From the NCBI GenBank assembly GCA_038231275.1, contig JBBRLQ010000036.1, positions 1 to 64,000 on the forward strand: DNA of 64,000 bases. The letters run 5' to 3'. The stretch's first letter is position 1. Every line of letters begins with the position of its first letter. This document shows positions 42,125-52,121 of this stretch, piece after piece. The DNA is from Polyangiales bacterium. GTDB taxonomy: Bacteria; Myxococcota_A; Polyangia; Polyangiales; Polyangiaceae. The notes beneath the pieces are model-generated. The model ran no database searches and had not been told where the DNA came from. It was given only the letters and a program-made list of their open reading frames with translations. A program made the position numbers and the translations under genes.

Positions 42125-42985
42125 ATGCGGGCCGTCGTCGTCGCGTGTATTATGCACGTAAGTCTCCTCGCCGCCGGCGCCACCCGCGCGGACGAAGCGG
42201 AGCCGGCGAAGGCGGCCGAGGCAAAGGCGGCCGAGGCGAAGGCGGCTGAGGCGAAGGCAGCCGAGGCGAAGGCGGCTGAGGCGAAGGCAGCCGAGGCGAA
42301 GGCGCCGGAAGCGAAGGCGCCGGAGTCGGAGCAGCTCGCCCGCGTCCTCATCGATCGCCCGCATACGATCGCCGAGCTCGAGCTCGGCTTCATCGCGCTG
42401 CCCACCGCGCCGATCTCCAATAACCAGAAGGGCGGCAAGGTCCCCTTCCTCGGCACCGTCAGCAAAGGCGACGCGACCCTGCAGACCGGCATCCACCTCC
42501 TCTACCGCGGCCACCGCGATTGGGCGCTCGGCGCCGGCGCCCTCTTCGCGCCGAGCCCGACGTCCGACAGCAACGCCGGCGGCCTCGGACCTCTCCCGCG
42601 CACGCACTCGCGCAGCTACCTCTACCTCGGCGGCGAAGGTCGCTACGTGCCGCTGCACCTCAAGTGGCTCGAAGGATGGGTCGGCCTCACGATGGGCGGC
42701 GTCGTCATCGCCGATCGCTTCGTCACCGATATCGGCGATCCGGTCCCGCCCATCCTCGGCACCAAGCAAGTCACCGTTCGCACAGAAGGCTTCGCGCTCG
42801 GCGTGCAGGGCGGCATCAGCTGGATGTTCGCCGAGCGCTGGGTCGCCGGCGCCGCCTTCCGCGCGGACCGTTGGATCCTCCCGGACTCCCCTCAGTGCAC
42901 GCCGATCGGCGACTGCGCGACCCTCACCGGCGCGGTCGAAGCCTACGAAGCCGGCCTCACGATCGGCTACCGAATTCCGCTCTGA
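42125..42985 (+). CDS. Putative outer-membrane beta-barrel protein with N-terminal AAEAK repeats
   Basis: Signal peptide, alternating beta-strand pattern, C-terminal GLTIGYRIPL. Confidence 0.65.
   Translation: MRAVVVACIMHVSLLAAGATRADEAEPAKAAEAKAAEAKAAEAKAAEAKAAEAKAAEAKAPEAKAPESEQLARVLIDRPHTIAELELGFIALPTAPISNNQKGGKVPFLGTVSKGDATLQTGIHLLYRGHRDWALGAGALFAPSPTSDSNAGGLGPLPRTHSRSYLYLGGEGRYVPLHLKWLEGWVGLTMGGVVIADRFVTDIGDPVPPILGTKQVTVRTEGFALGVQGGISWMFAERWVAGAAFRADRWILPDSPQCTPIGDCATLTGAVEAYEAGLTIGYRIPL
42206..42326 (+). repeat. 15-bp coding tandem repeat (AKAAE/AKAPE, about 8 copies)
   Basis: GCGAAGGCGGCCGAG variants in tandem. Confidence 0.9.
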
Positions 42986-42989
42986 CCCG

Positions 42990-44393
42990 TCAGCTGCACC
43001 CCCACGCCCGCTCGAGCTCACTCACCACTTCGCCGCTGTAGACCGCGAGCCGCTGCAAATGCGGGACGGTGTCGCGGCAGCCGGTGAAGCCGAAGTTGAG
43101 TGAGCCGGCGTAGCTCTGGAGCGTGATGTTGAGCCCGTAGCCGTGGAATGGGATCGACAGCGGATAAATCTCGTCGAGCTTCCATCCGCGGAAATACAGC
43201 GGCGTCTCCGGTCCCGGCACGTTCGACACGACCACGTTGAACGCCGGCCGCATGCGCCCCGCGACGCCCGGCACGAACGACAGCATCATCGGCGCGAGCA
43301 CGAGCGCGCTGTACTGCATGATCGCCATCTTCGACATGCCTTGCAGCATCGCCTTCGCGCGCTGCGTCGACTCGATGACGCGCGCGAGGCGCTCCTTCGG
43401 GCTCTTCACGTCGGTCGCCAGCGTCGCCAGAACGGCGCCCACCGCGTTTCCGCCGCCGGGATCGTCCTTGGGGCGAACGTTGACGGGCACCATCGCGACG
43501 AGCGACGCCTCCGGCAACGTCCCTTGCTCGGTGAGGAAGCGCCGCAGCGCGGATCCGGCGATCGCGAGCACCACGTCGTTGACGGTACCCCCCGCGGCGG
43601 TCGCGATCCGCTTCACGCGCGCGGCGTCGACCCGTTGCGTGGCGAAGCGGCGGCTCCGCGAGATGCGCTGGTTCAGCGTTGATTTAGGGGCCTTGAGCGG
43701 GTGCGCGAGCGCGTCATCGCGGCTGCGGATCGCGCGCGCGACGCTCATGATCGCTCGGCCGACGCTCTTCGCAGCGCCGACCTGCTCACGCACCGTGTGC
43801 AAGAGCGACTCGAGCGTGGGCGCCCCATGATCGCCCTCCGGCGCGCGCTTTGCGTCGTCGTGCGGCCGCGGTTCGAAGAAGAGCGGAGTGTCCTTGTCTT
43901 GCAGCGAAGACGAGAGGCTCCGCTGGAGGATGCGCATGCCGGTGTACCCGTCGATGAGCGCGTGGTGCATCTTCACGTAGAGCGCGACGCGACCTCCTTC
44001 GAGCCCCTCGATGAAGTGCGCCTCCCACGGCGGCCGATGAAAATCGAGCGGCGTGCCGTGCAGACGCGAGACCAGCACCCCCAGCTCGCGCTCGTCACCG
44101 GGCGACGCGAGCGCCGAGCGGCGTACGTGGTAGTCGATGTCGAAGCGCTCGTCGGTGACCCACGCCTGCGTCGGGCTGCCCAGAAAATCGGGGTGAAGGA
44201 GCTTCTTGTCGAACGGCGGCTCGACCTCCGTGACCGCGGCGACCTCCTCGCGGAGTCTTCCGTAGAAGCCGAGCGTCTTTCCCGGCGGCGGCGAGAACTC
44301 GAGCAGCCCGCCGACGTGCATCATCACGTCGCGGCTCTCGGCGGTGAGGAACGATCGGTCGAGCGCGCCGAGGCTCTTCTTCTTCACGGACAT
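42990..44393 (-). CDS. Wax ester synthase / diacylglycerol acyltransferase
   Basis: HHALIDG catalytic motif, PPWEAHFIEGL, VVSNVPGP. Confidence 0.95.
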   Translation of the reverse strand: MSVKKKSLGALDRSFLTAESRDVMMHVGGLLEFSPPPGKTLGFYGRLREEVAAVTEVEPPFDKKLLHPDFLGSPTQAWVTDERFDIDYHVRRSALASPGDERELGVLVSRLHGTPLDFHRPPWEAHFIEGLEGGRVALYVKMHHALIDGYTGMRILQRSLSSSLQDKDTPLFFEPRPHDDAKRAPEGDHGAPTLESLLHTVREQVGAAKSVGRAIMSVARAIRSRDDALAHPLKAPKSTLNQRISRSRRFATQRVDAARVKRIATAAGGTVNDVVLAIAGSALRRFLTEQGTLPEASLVAMVPVNVRPKDDPGGGNAVGAVLATLATDVKSPKERLARVIESTQRAKAMLQGMSKMAIMQYSALVLAPMMLSFVPGVAGRMRPAFNVVVSNVPGPETPLYFRGWKLDEIYPLSIPFHGYGLNITLQSYAGSLNFGFTGCRDTVPHLQRLAVYSGEVVSELERAWGCS

Positions 44394-44490
44394 GGGCGCC
44401 AGCGTCGCACGAATCGGAGTCGGAGTCGGAGGCTCCGCGACCGCAAATCGCGACCGCGACCGCGACCGTCAACCGGAGTAGAGAGAGAGC

Positions 44491-45609
44491 ATGCACGCAG
44501 AGCTACATTCGCTGCCCTCGATCGCCGCGGGGACGACCCGCGAGCTCGTGAGCCTGCACTATGGAGCGCGGACGACGGACGCAAAGGCGTACCTCCAGGC
44601 GTCGCTCCACGCCGACGAGGTTCCGGCGATGCTCGTTGCTCACCACCTGCGCGCGGTGCTGGCGGCGGCCGAGGCGCGAGGCGAGATCGAGGGCGAGATC
44701 GTCCTCGTGCCCGTCGCCAACCCCATCGGCCTGGCCCAGACCGTCTTGGGGCACGCGCTGGGCCGCTTCGACCTGACGACGGGCACCAACTTCAACCGCG
44801 GATACAAGAACCTCGTGCCCGAGCTGAAGGAAGCGCTCGCGGGCAAGCTCGGGCCCTCGGCAGGGGAGAACAAGGCGACGATTCGCCGTGAGGCGGTGCG
44901 CCTCCTGTCGAGCCCCGAGCCGCGCCTCGAAGGGGACGCACTGAAGCTGCTCCTCCAGCGCCTGGCGATGGACGCCGATCTCGTGCTCGATCTGCACTGC
45001 GATCACGAGGGCCTCCCGCACCTGTATGCGGGGACGCACATGGCCGCGGAGGCGGAGCCGCTCGCGAGGCTACTCGGCGCCGGCGCGCTGCTCCTCGCGC
45101 ACGAGTCGGGGGACGATCCGTTCGACGAGTCGTGCGGCCGCCCGTGGCCGGAGCTCGCGGAGCATTTCGGCGCTGCGACCCCGGTGCCGATCGCGTGCAT
45201 GTCGGTCACGATCGAGCTGCGCGGCGAGCGTGACGTATCCCATGCGTTGGCGCGCGCGGACTCGCAGGCGATAGCCGGCTTCCTCGCGCACCGAGGGCAC
45301 CTGAAGGCGCCGCCGCCCGACTTGCCGCCGCCGCGCTGCACGGCGACGCCGCTCCAGGGAGTCGAGCGCGTCAAGGCCCCGCACCCCGGCGTGCTCGCGT
45401 GGCGATGCGAGCCCGGCACCAAGGTGCGCCCCGGCGACGAGCTCGTCGACGTGATCGAGCCGCTCGGCGGCACGATGACCACGGTGGCGGCGACGACCGC
45501 AGGCACCTTCTTCGCGCGCGCCGCACGTCGCTACGCCCACGGCGGAATGGAGGTCGCCCGGATCGCCGGCGAAAAGCCCCTTCGCACCGGCAAGCTCCTC
45601 GGCCTCTGA
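44491..45609 (+). CDS. Succinylglutamate desuccinylase/aspartoacylase (M14) family protein
   Basis: LHADE, ANPIG, NFNR, DLH, TIELRG, C-terminal biotinyl-like domain. Confidence 0.9.
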   Translation: MHAELHSLPSIAAGTTRELVSLHYGARTTDAKAYLQASLHADEVPAMLVAHHLRAVLAAAEARGEIEGEIVLVPVANPIGLAQTVLGHALGRFDLTTGTNFNRGYKNLVPELKEALAGKLGPSAGENKATIRREAVRLLSSPEPRLEGDALKLLLQRLAMDADLVLDLHCDHEGLPHLYAGTHMAAEAEPLARLLGAGALLLAHESGDDPFDESCGRPWPELAEHFGAATPVPIACMSVTIELRGERDVSHALARADSQAIAGFLAHRGHLKAPPPDLPPPRCTATPLQGVERVKAPHPGVLAWRCEPGTKVRPGDELVDVIEPLGGTMTTVAATTAGTFFARAARRYAHGGMEVARIAGEKPLRTGKLLGL

Positions 45610-47006
45610 TGATGGCAAAGCGCAAGCTGCCGAACACCTTCGTCCTCCTGTTCGCGATCCTCGCCGTCATCGCGGGGGCGACGTGGCTCATCCCGGGAGG
45701 CAAGTACGAGACGCACCTGGTGAACGGCCGCACGCTCATCGATCCGGCGAGCTTCCACGCCGTTCCGAGCAGCCCGCAAGGGCCCGTCGCGCTCTTGATG
45801 GCGCCGCTCAAGGGGTTCGTCGACGCCGCGCTCATCATCGGCTTCGTGCTCCTGCTCGGCGGCGCTTTCGGCGTCCTCTTGCGGACGCAGGCGGTCGACG
45901 CGCTCATCAAGGCCATCGCCAAGGCGCACACCGGCTCGCGCCTCGTCCGCGCCGCGCTGATCCCGGGGTTCATGACGCTCTTCTCTCTTGGTGGAGCGAC
46001 GTTCGGCATGAGCGAGGAGGCGATCCCTTTCGTGCTCATCTTCGTGCCGCTGGCGCTGGCGCTCGGCTACGACTCGATCGTCGGCGTGGCGATCCCGTTC
46101 GTCGGCTCCCAGGTAGGGTTCGCGGCGGCGTTCTTGAACCCCTTCAACGTCGGCGTCGCCCAAGGGATCGCCGGAGTGCAGGTGTTCTCGGGGATCGGCT
46201 ACCGCATGATCGTGTGGGCCGCGGCCACCGCCGTCACCATCGGCTTCATGATGATCTACGCCGCCAAGGTCAAGCGCTCGCCGGAGTCGAGCCCGACCTT
46301 CGCGCTCGATCGGCACAAGCGGCTCGAGCACGCGAACGCGCCGGGCCTCGACGACTTCCGCGGCATGACCCGCGCGCAAGGCGCCGTTCTCATTATCTTC
46401 CTTGGCGCGCTCGCGTCGATGGTGTTCGGCGTCGTCCGCTACCAGTGGTTCATCGAGGAGATCGCGGTGGTGTTCTTGGTGATGACGCTCGCCGTCGCCA
46501 AGGTCACCGGCCTCAGCGCCGACGAGCTCGTGGCCGCCTTCATCCACGGCGCGAAGGACATGGTGAGCACGGCGCTCGTGATCTCGCTGGCGCGCGGCAC
46601 CGTCATCCTGGCGCGCGACGCGCACATCATCGACACGATGCTGCACGCCCTGACGCCGCTCGTGCGAGCGTCGCATCCGGTGCTCGCCGCGCAGAAGATG
46701 CTGGTGATTCAGTCGGTGATCAACTTCTTCATCCACTCGGGCACCGGGCAGGCGGCGTTGACGATGCCCGTCATGGCGCCGTTGGCCGACCTCGTCGGCG
46801 TGTCGCGCCAGACCGCCGTCCTGGCCTTTCAGCTTGGAGAGCTCGGCATCACGATCATCCCGACCAGCGGCGTCACCATCGGCGTCCTCGCGCTCGCGGG
46901 GATTCCCTGGGCGACGTGGGCCAAGTGGATCCTGCCGCTTCAGCTCCTCTACTTCGTGCTCGCCGCGATCCTCTTGATCCCGCCACACTTCATCGACTGG
47001 CAATGA
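45609..47006 (+). CDS. YfcC/DcuC-like basic amino acid or C4-dicarboxylate transporter
   Basis: P.TFVLLF, IPGGKY, GMSEE, NPFNVGVAQGIAG, SGTGQA..TMP; TGATG coupling to the upstream gene. Confidence 0.9.
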   Translation: MMAKRKLPNTFVLLFAILAVIAGATWLIPGGKYETHLVNGRTLIDPASFHAVPSSPQGPVALLMAPLKGFVDAALIIGFVLLLGGAFGVLLRTQAVDALIKAIAKAHTGSRLVRAALIPGFMTLFSLGGATFGMSEEAIPFVLIFVPLALALGYDSIVGVAIPFVGSQVGFAAAFLNPFNVGVAQGIAGVQVFSGIGYRMIVWAAATAVTIGFMMIYAAKVKRSPESSPTFALDRHKRLEHANAPGLDDFRGMTRAQGAVLIIFLGALASMVFGVVRYQWFIEEIAVVFLVMTLAVAKVTGLSADELVAAFIHGAKDMVSTALVISLARGTVILARDAHIIDTMLHALTPLVRASHPVLAAQKMLVIQSVINFFIHSGTGQAALTMPVMAPLADLVGVSRQTAVLAFQLGELGITIIPTSGVTIGVLALAGIPWATWAKWILPLQLLYFVLAAILLIPPHFIDWQ

Positions 47007-47054
47007 AGCGCGACCGCGCGCTCGGGTGATGCAGCGATTCGCAGCGGCGCGATG

Positions 47055-47798
47055 CTAGGGGCTCGAGGCGATCGCCACGGCGATCACCCCCATCGCCCGA
47101 TCCAGCACCACCCCGAGCACGACGAGCACCCCGATCGCCCGCAGCGGCGCCAAGAGCGTGTGGATCTGCGCGGGCGACGCCGCGCGCGCGACCAACGCCG
47201 CCGCAATCTCGAGCACGAGCCCCGCGGCGAGGAGCGGACCTGCCACGGCGACCGCGAGCGTGATCCCCGATACGAGATCGTGCGCCGCCGAGAGGACGGG
47301 ATGCTCGGGAATCGCGCGCGTCGCCAGCGCGGTGACCACGCGCGCGGGGCCACCGGTCGAGAGGAAGATCGCGCTCGCGAGGAGCGACATCGGAACGCCC
47401 AAGGCAGACGGGCGCCCCTCCACCGCAGGGGACGACAGCGTGTCTTGCGCACCTCGCAGCGCGTCGACGGCGCCGCCTGCCATCGTCGCCGCCCACAGGG
47501 GAATCGCCGCGGCGAGCGCCACAGGAAGCCCGCGTGCGATCTCACCGAGCGCGAGAAGCGCCCACGGAGCATCGTGCGCCCGCGCGATCGGACCCAATGC
47601 CGGCAGCACACAGGCCGCGAGCGCGAGCGCCAACACCGCGCGCGCCGGCGCCGGGATCGCGCGAAGACCGAACGCGGGCACCAGCACCACCGTCGGCGTC
47701 GCCCGCGCCCACCCGAGTCCCAGCGCGGCGAGATCGATCCCCTCGCGATCGAACGCGGCGACGACTTCTCCCAAGAGCGACCCCGGCACGGCGGTCAT
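47055..47798 (-). CDS. FliR/SctT (EscT) family type III export-gate membrane protein, orphan
   Basis: AR......VPAFG...IP..R, L.GEI..G, A..AG..VD..RG, A.P......EI...L..RA..P.Q pattern; very hydrophobic, 247 aa. Confidence 0.72.
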   Translation of the reverse strand: MTAVPGSLLGEVVAAFDREGIDLAALGLGWARATPTVVLVPAFGLRAIPAPARAVLALALAACVLPALGPIARAHDAPWALLALGEIARGLPVALAAAIPLWAATMAGGAVDALRGAQDTLSSPAVEGRPSALGVPMSLLASAIFLSTGGPARVVTALATRAIPEHPVLSAAHDLVSGITLAVAVAGPLLAAGLVLEIAAALVARAASPAQIHTLLAPLRAIGVLVVLGVVLDRAMGVIAVAIASSP

Positions 47799-47837
47799 GG
47801 TTCCACAGAACGAAAAACAAACCTATTCTGCCCCGCC

Positions 47838-48689
47838 ATGGCACTCGATCTCGGCCTCGTCGGAAAATCCACGGACACTCGAACGCACGCGTACACCTGG
47901 AAGGACACGGTCCTCTACGCGCTCGGCATCGGCGCGAAGCTCGAGGAGCTGGACTACCTCTACGAAGGGCGCGGACCCAAGGTGCACCCGAGCTTCGCCG
48001 TCGTCCCGGCGTTCGCGCCGATCTTCGAGCTCCTCGCCAAGACGAACGCCGATCTCGCGATGGTCGTCCACGGAGGCCAGCGCGTCCGAATGCACGCGCC
48101 GATTCCGCCGGCCGGTACCTTCCACACGACCGCCAAGATCCGCGGCATCTACGATCTGCGCCGCCTCGCCACCGTCGTCGTCGACACCGAGACCAAGAGC
48201 GACGCCGGCGCGCTTCTCTTCGACACGTCGTGGTCGATCCTCGTCCGCGACGCGGGCGGCTTTGGCGGAGATCCGCCGCCGAAAGAGGACAAAACGATGG
48301 GCGTCGCGGTCCCGAAGGATCGCGAACCCGATTTTCGAATCGAGGAGCCGACCACGAAGGAGCAAGCGCTGCTCTATCGCCTCTCGGGGGACCTCAATCC
48401 TCTGCACGCCGATCCCGAGTTCGCGAAGCGCGTCGGCTTCGAGCAAGGGCCCATTCTCCACGGCCTATGTACGTACGGGTTCATGGTCCGTCACGTCGCG
48501 AAGGGCGCGTGCGGCGGCGACGCGTCGAAGCTTACCGCCTTCGAGGCTCAGTTCCGCAAGCCCGTGTGGCCGGGCGACACGCTCATCACCGAGGGATGGA
48601 CGCTCGCGCCGGGCAAGGTCGCCCTCTCCGTCCGCGTCAAAGAGCGCGACGAGGCGGTGGTGACGGGCGCGTGGGCGACGTTTTCCTGA
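47838..48689 (+). CDS. MaoC-type (R)-specific enoyl-CoA hydratase (hydratase 2, double hotdog fold)
   Basis: LYALGIG, VHG.Q, YRLSGDLNPLHADPEFA, ILHGLCTYG, PVWPGD. Confidence 0.92.
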   Translation: MALDLGLVGKSTDTRTHAYTWKDTVLYALGIGAKLEELDYLYEGRGPKVHPSFAVVPAFAPIFELLAKTNADLAMVVHGGQRVRMHAPIPPAGTFHTTAKIRGIYDLRRLATVVVDTETKSDAGALLFDTSWSILVRDAGGFGGDPPPKEDKTMGVAVPKDREPDFRIEEPTTKEQALLYRLSGDLNPLHADPEFAKRVGFEQGPILHGLCTYGFMVRHVAKGACGGDASKLTAFEAQFRKPVWPGDTLITEGWTLAPGKVALSVRVKERDEAVVTGAWATFS

Positions 48690-48695
48690 GCCGGC

Positions 48696-49814
48696 TCAGG
48701 CTGGGCCGGGTTTCCCGCGCGGGGCTGCTGCGGAAACGGGCGCGCTCGCTGCATTCGTGATCGTCACTTGGCCAAGCTTGCCCGTCAGGTTCTTGATGTA
48801 CGTGTGGTCGATGTTGACGACGGCAGTCCGCGTATCCTGGTTCCAGTCCGGATCGTCGAACGACGAAAACGAGATCGTGTGTGGTCCCACGTCGGCGTTG
48901 TAAACCATCAGTCCGTACCCGTTGCCGCTCGTCGCGACATGGTCGAGGGTCATCTTCGCCACAGAGCTCGAGTGAATCGGGCAGTGCGTGTTGGTGATGG
49001 TCGAGTACTCGAGATGAAGGAGCGCTGCTGACCCGGGCTCGAAGAAGTCGTTCCCGCCAGGGGTGCCGTTGCCCGTGAATTTCGAATCAGCGGCCGAGAG
49101 TGTCGCGGAAGGATCGCTCATCGTGATGGCCTGCCCCGCGTAATCGAGGAACGTCGCCGTGAAGGCGCCATCGACGTTGCTCGTTCCGCCCTTCACGACC
49201 GCCGCGTGGTCTGTCTTGAACGTGCCGCCGACGTCGACGGTGAAGATGCCGCCCGTAAGCGTGCCGTAGTCGTACTCGGCGGCGAGGTCTTTTCCGTTCA
49301 CGTGGATGCCGGTCGTCGCGTTCTCGAGATCGACGCCGATCAACGTCATCGAGCCTCCGCTGGCCACGATGATGCCGCCCCAGCCGGTGCCCGTGAGCTT
49401 CGCGTGGCTCGCCTTGGCGCTCGCCGTGAGCGTGCCGTGGACCGTGATCGATACGTTCGGGGAGATCGTGACCTTTGCGCCCGGAGCGATGGTGACCGTG
49501 GCGCCCGCGACGATGTCGATGTTCGCGGTGATCGTCTTGCCGTCGGCCCATGTCTCGGTGTTGACCGGGTTGCCGCTGGAGCTGCCGCCGCTGCTGCTCG
49601 TCCCGCCGGACGTCGTGCCGCTCGTCCCGCTGGTTCCACCGGATGTCGAACCGCTCGTTCCGCTGGTTCCGCCGCTGGTTCCGCTGCTCGAATGCCCGCT
49701 GCTCGAGCCCCCAGCGCCGGGGGGACCGCCCCCGCTCGGGCCCTGAACGTCCGACGAGCATGCCACGAGCGCAAGAGTGGAGATTCCAACGGCGGCGAGG
49801 ACGCGGGTCAGCAT
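48696..49814 (-). CDS. Lipoprotein with a Ser/Gly/Thr linker and probable beta-helix domain
   Basis: Lipobox LVAC, SGGTSG repeats, GATVTIAPGAKV and WGGI segments. Confidence 0.75.
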   Translation of the reverse strand: MLTRVLAAVGISTLALVACSSDVQGPSGGGPPGAGGSSSGHSSSGTSGGTSGTSGSTSGGTSGTSGTTSGGTSSSGGSSSGNPVNTETWADGKTITANIDIVAGATVTIAPGAKVTISPNVSITVHGTLTASAKASHAKLTGTGWGGIIVASGGSMTLIGVDLENATTGIHVNGKDLAAEYDYGTLTGGIFTVDVGGTFKTDHAAVVKGGTSNVDGAFTATFLDYAGQAITMSDPSATLSAADSKFTGNGTPGGNDFFEPGSAALLHLEYSTITNTHCPIHSSSVAKMTLDHVATSGNGYGLMVYNADVGPHTISFSSFDDPDWNQDTRTAVVNIDHTYIKNLTGKLGQVTITNAASAPVSAAAPRGKPGPA

Positions 49815-49984
49815 GAGGGCTCTCCTTAGAAGGGCGCGATGAGGAAGTGCACGCGGTGTGCTGCAGGACCCGGGCCGTGCGGGCGATTCACACAGTGCCG
49901 CAAAACGATTGCGCTCTCAGCGTCCGTGAGGGAGAAAAGTGGCGCCACTGGATCCGCGACAAACCAGGGTAGGAGAATGCGTAC

Positions 49985-51175
49985 ATGAAGCTCGGCAAAT
50001 CGATCGTGGTGGTGGGGGCAAAACGATCCGCCTTCGGAACGATGCAGGGTGCTCTCAAAGGCATCAGCGCGAACGATCTCGCCGTGCACGCCGCGAAGGC
50101 TGCGCTCGCTCAGTCGAAGGTCGGCCTCGATCGCGTCGGTCACGTGATCATCGGCAACGTGATGCAGACGAGCGCGGACGCCATCTACTGCGCGCGCCAT
50201 GTTGGCTTGAAGGCGGGTCTCCCGATCACGACGCCGGCGCTGACGGTGAATCGGCTGTGCGGCTCCGGCTTCCAAGCGATCATCAACGGCGCCGAGCAGC
50301 TGCTCATGGGCGAGGCCGAAGCGGTGCTCGTCGGCGGGACCGAGAACATGACACAGGCGCCGCACGTCCTCCGCGGCGCGCGCGACGGCTGGGCGTTCGG
50401 CAAAGCCCCGCAGGTCGGCGACACGCTGTGGGACGCGCTCACCGACAGCTACGCCCAGACGCCGATGGCGGTCACCGCCGAGAACCTCGCGGTGAAGTAC
50501 GGCATCACGCGCCAGCAGTGCGACGAGTTCGCGCTGACCAGCCAGCAGCGCTGGGCGGCGGCGAACGAGAAGGGCTTTTTCAAGGACGAGATCGCGCCGC
50601 TCGAGATCGCGGGCAAGAAAGGACCGGTCACCGTCGCCGTCGACGAGCACCCGCGCCCGCAGACCACCCTCGAGATCCTCGGCAAGCTCGCCCCCGTCTT
50701 CAAGAAGGACGGCGTCGTCACCGCCGGCAACGCGTCGGGCATCTGCGACGGCGCGGCGTGCCTCGTGCTCGTCACCGAGGAGCACGCGAAGCAGCACGGC
50801 CTCCAGCCGCTCGCGCGCATCGTCCAGTGGGGCGTCGCCGGCGTCGAGCCGAAGGAGATGGGCATCGGCCCGGCTCCCGCGATCCGCAACGCGCTCGCGC
50901 GCGCGGAGCTGAAGCAGAGCGACATGGATCTCTTCGAGGTAAACGAGGCGTTCGCGCCGCAGTTCCTCGCGGTGGCGAAGGAGCTCGGCCTCCCGCTCGA
51001 CAAGACCAACGTGAACGGCGGCGCGATCGCCCTCGGTCACCCGCTCGGCGCCAGCGGCGCGCGCATCACGGCGCACCTCGTGTACGAGCTCCAGCGTCGC
51101 AAGGCGCGCTACGCGGTCGGCAGCGCGTGCATCGGCGGCGGCCAGGGTCTCGCGATCGTCCTCGAGCGGATGTGA
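49985..51175 (+). CDS. Acetyl-CoA C-acyltransferase (thiolase)
   Basis: NRLCGSG, NEAF, GHPLGASG, CIGGGQG. Confidence 0.97.
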   Translation: MKLGKSIVVVGAKRSAFGTMQGALKGISANDLAVHAAKAALAQSKVGLDRVGHVIIGNVMQTSADAIYCARHVGLKAGLPITTPALTVNRLCGSGFQAIINGAEQLLMGEAEAVLVGGTENMTQAPHVLRGARDGWAFGKAPQVGDTLWDALTDSYAQTPMAVTAENLAVKYGITRQQCDEFALTSQQRWAAANEKGFFKDEIAPLEIAGKKGPVTVAVDEHPRPQTTLEILGKLAPVFKKDGVVTAGNASGICDGAACLVLVTEEHAKQHGLQPLARIVQWGVAGVEPKEMGIGPAPAIRNALARAELKQSDMDLFEVNEAFAPQFLAVAKELGLPLDKTNVNGGAIALGHPLGASGARITAHLVYELQRRKARYAVGSACIGGGQGLAIVLERM

Positions 51176-52119
51176 GCGTGCGCCTCGCCTCGCTCACGTT
51201 CGTTCTGCTGATCGCCGGCTGCAACGGCTGCTCCAAGCCGCAGTCCGGCGATCCGCTCCCGACGGGGACCTCCAAGGCGACGGTCACGGCGAGCGCGGCC
51301 CCGTCGTCGAGCGCGCCCAAGTCGCCGGGCGGCGACACCGGCGTCAACCTCACGCACGCGCGCTCGGCCACGCCGACGACCAAGGGCCTGCCGATGATCG
51401 CGGTCACCGGCAAGGAGATCCGCTTCGTCGGCACCAAGAACGAGCCCCTCCCGATGCCGCCGCCGGTCTCGTGGTACGCCGGGATGCCGCTGTCCATGAA
51501 GGGCGACAAGCCCGGCATGACGATCCTCCCGATCGCCAAGTGGCTGAAGGACGCGCGCAAGGGCGACGAGAGGGATCTGTCGATCGTCGTCGAGAACGCG
51601 ATCTCGTACCGCATCGCCGGGGAGGTCTTCCTCACGGCTGCACAGAGCGGTTTCGATCGCTTTCACCTCGTGGTGCTGATGCCCGACGAGAGCTACGGCG
51701 AGATGATCATCGAGATGCCCCGCCTCAAGCCCGACGCGGGGGTCGCGCCGCCGTTCGCGTCGATCCTCGTCCTTCAAGAAGGCATCTCGATCAAGACGGA
51801 GATGAGCAACGTCGGACCGGGCTGCGCGGGCATGGGCGTCGGGCTCGCGTTTCCGCGCGTGAACGGGCAGGTCGACACGATCGGCCTCCCGAGCTGCATG
51901 GATCGCATCGCACCCGACGGGGGCGGCTCGCCGGACATCGTCGTAGGTGGGCTACCCGAGACCCCGTTCGCCGAGGTCGTCAGCGTGATCGACGGCGTCC
52001 GCGCGCGCAAGGCCAAGACCGTCGTGCACCTCGGGCTGCAGCGCATTCCGCAGAACGTCCCGACGATCCCCGGCCTGTCCGATCTGCCGCCGATGCCGGC
52101 ACCGAAGCCGTCGAAGTAA
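51172..52119 (+). CDS. Lipoprotein with two ExbD/TolR-like periplasmic domains
   Basis: Lipobox IAGC; SIVVENAISYR...EV..TA..SGF and IVVG..ETPFAEVVSVIDGVR resemble the ExbD C-terminal fold. Confidence 0.6.
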   Translation: MSVRLASLTFVLLIAGCNGCSKPQSGDPLPTGTSKATVTASAAPSSSAPKSPGGDTGVNLTHARSATPTTKGLPMIAVTGKEIRFVGTKNEPLPMPPPVSWYAGMPLSMKGDKPGMTILPIAKWLKDARKGDERDLSIVVENAISYRIAGEVFLTAAQSGFDRFHLVVLMPDESYGEMIIEMPRLKPDAGVAPPFASILVLQEGISIKTEMSNVGPGCAGMGVGLAFPRVNGQVDTIGLPSCMDRIAPDGGGSPDIVVGGLPETPFAEVVSVIDGVRARKAKTVVHLGLQRIPQNVPTIPGLSDLPPMPAPKPSK

Positions 52120-52121
52120 CG

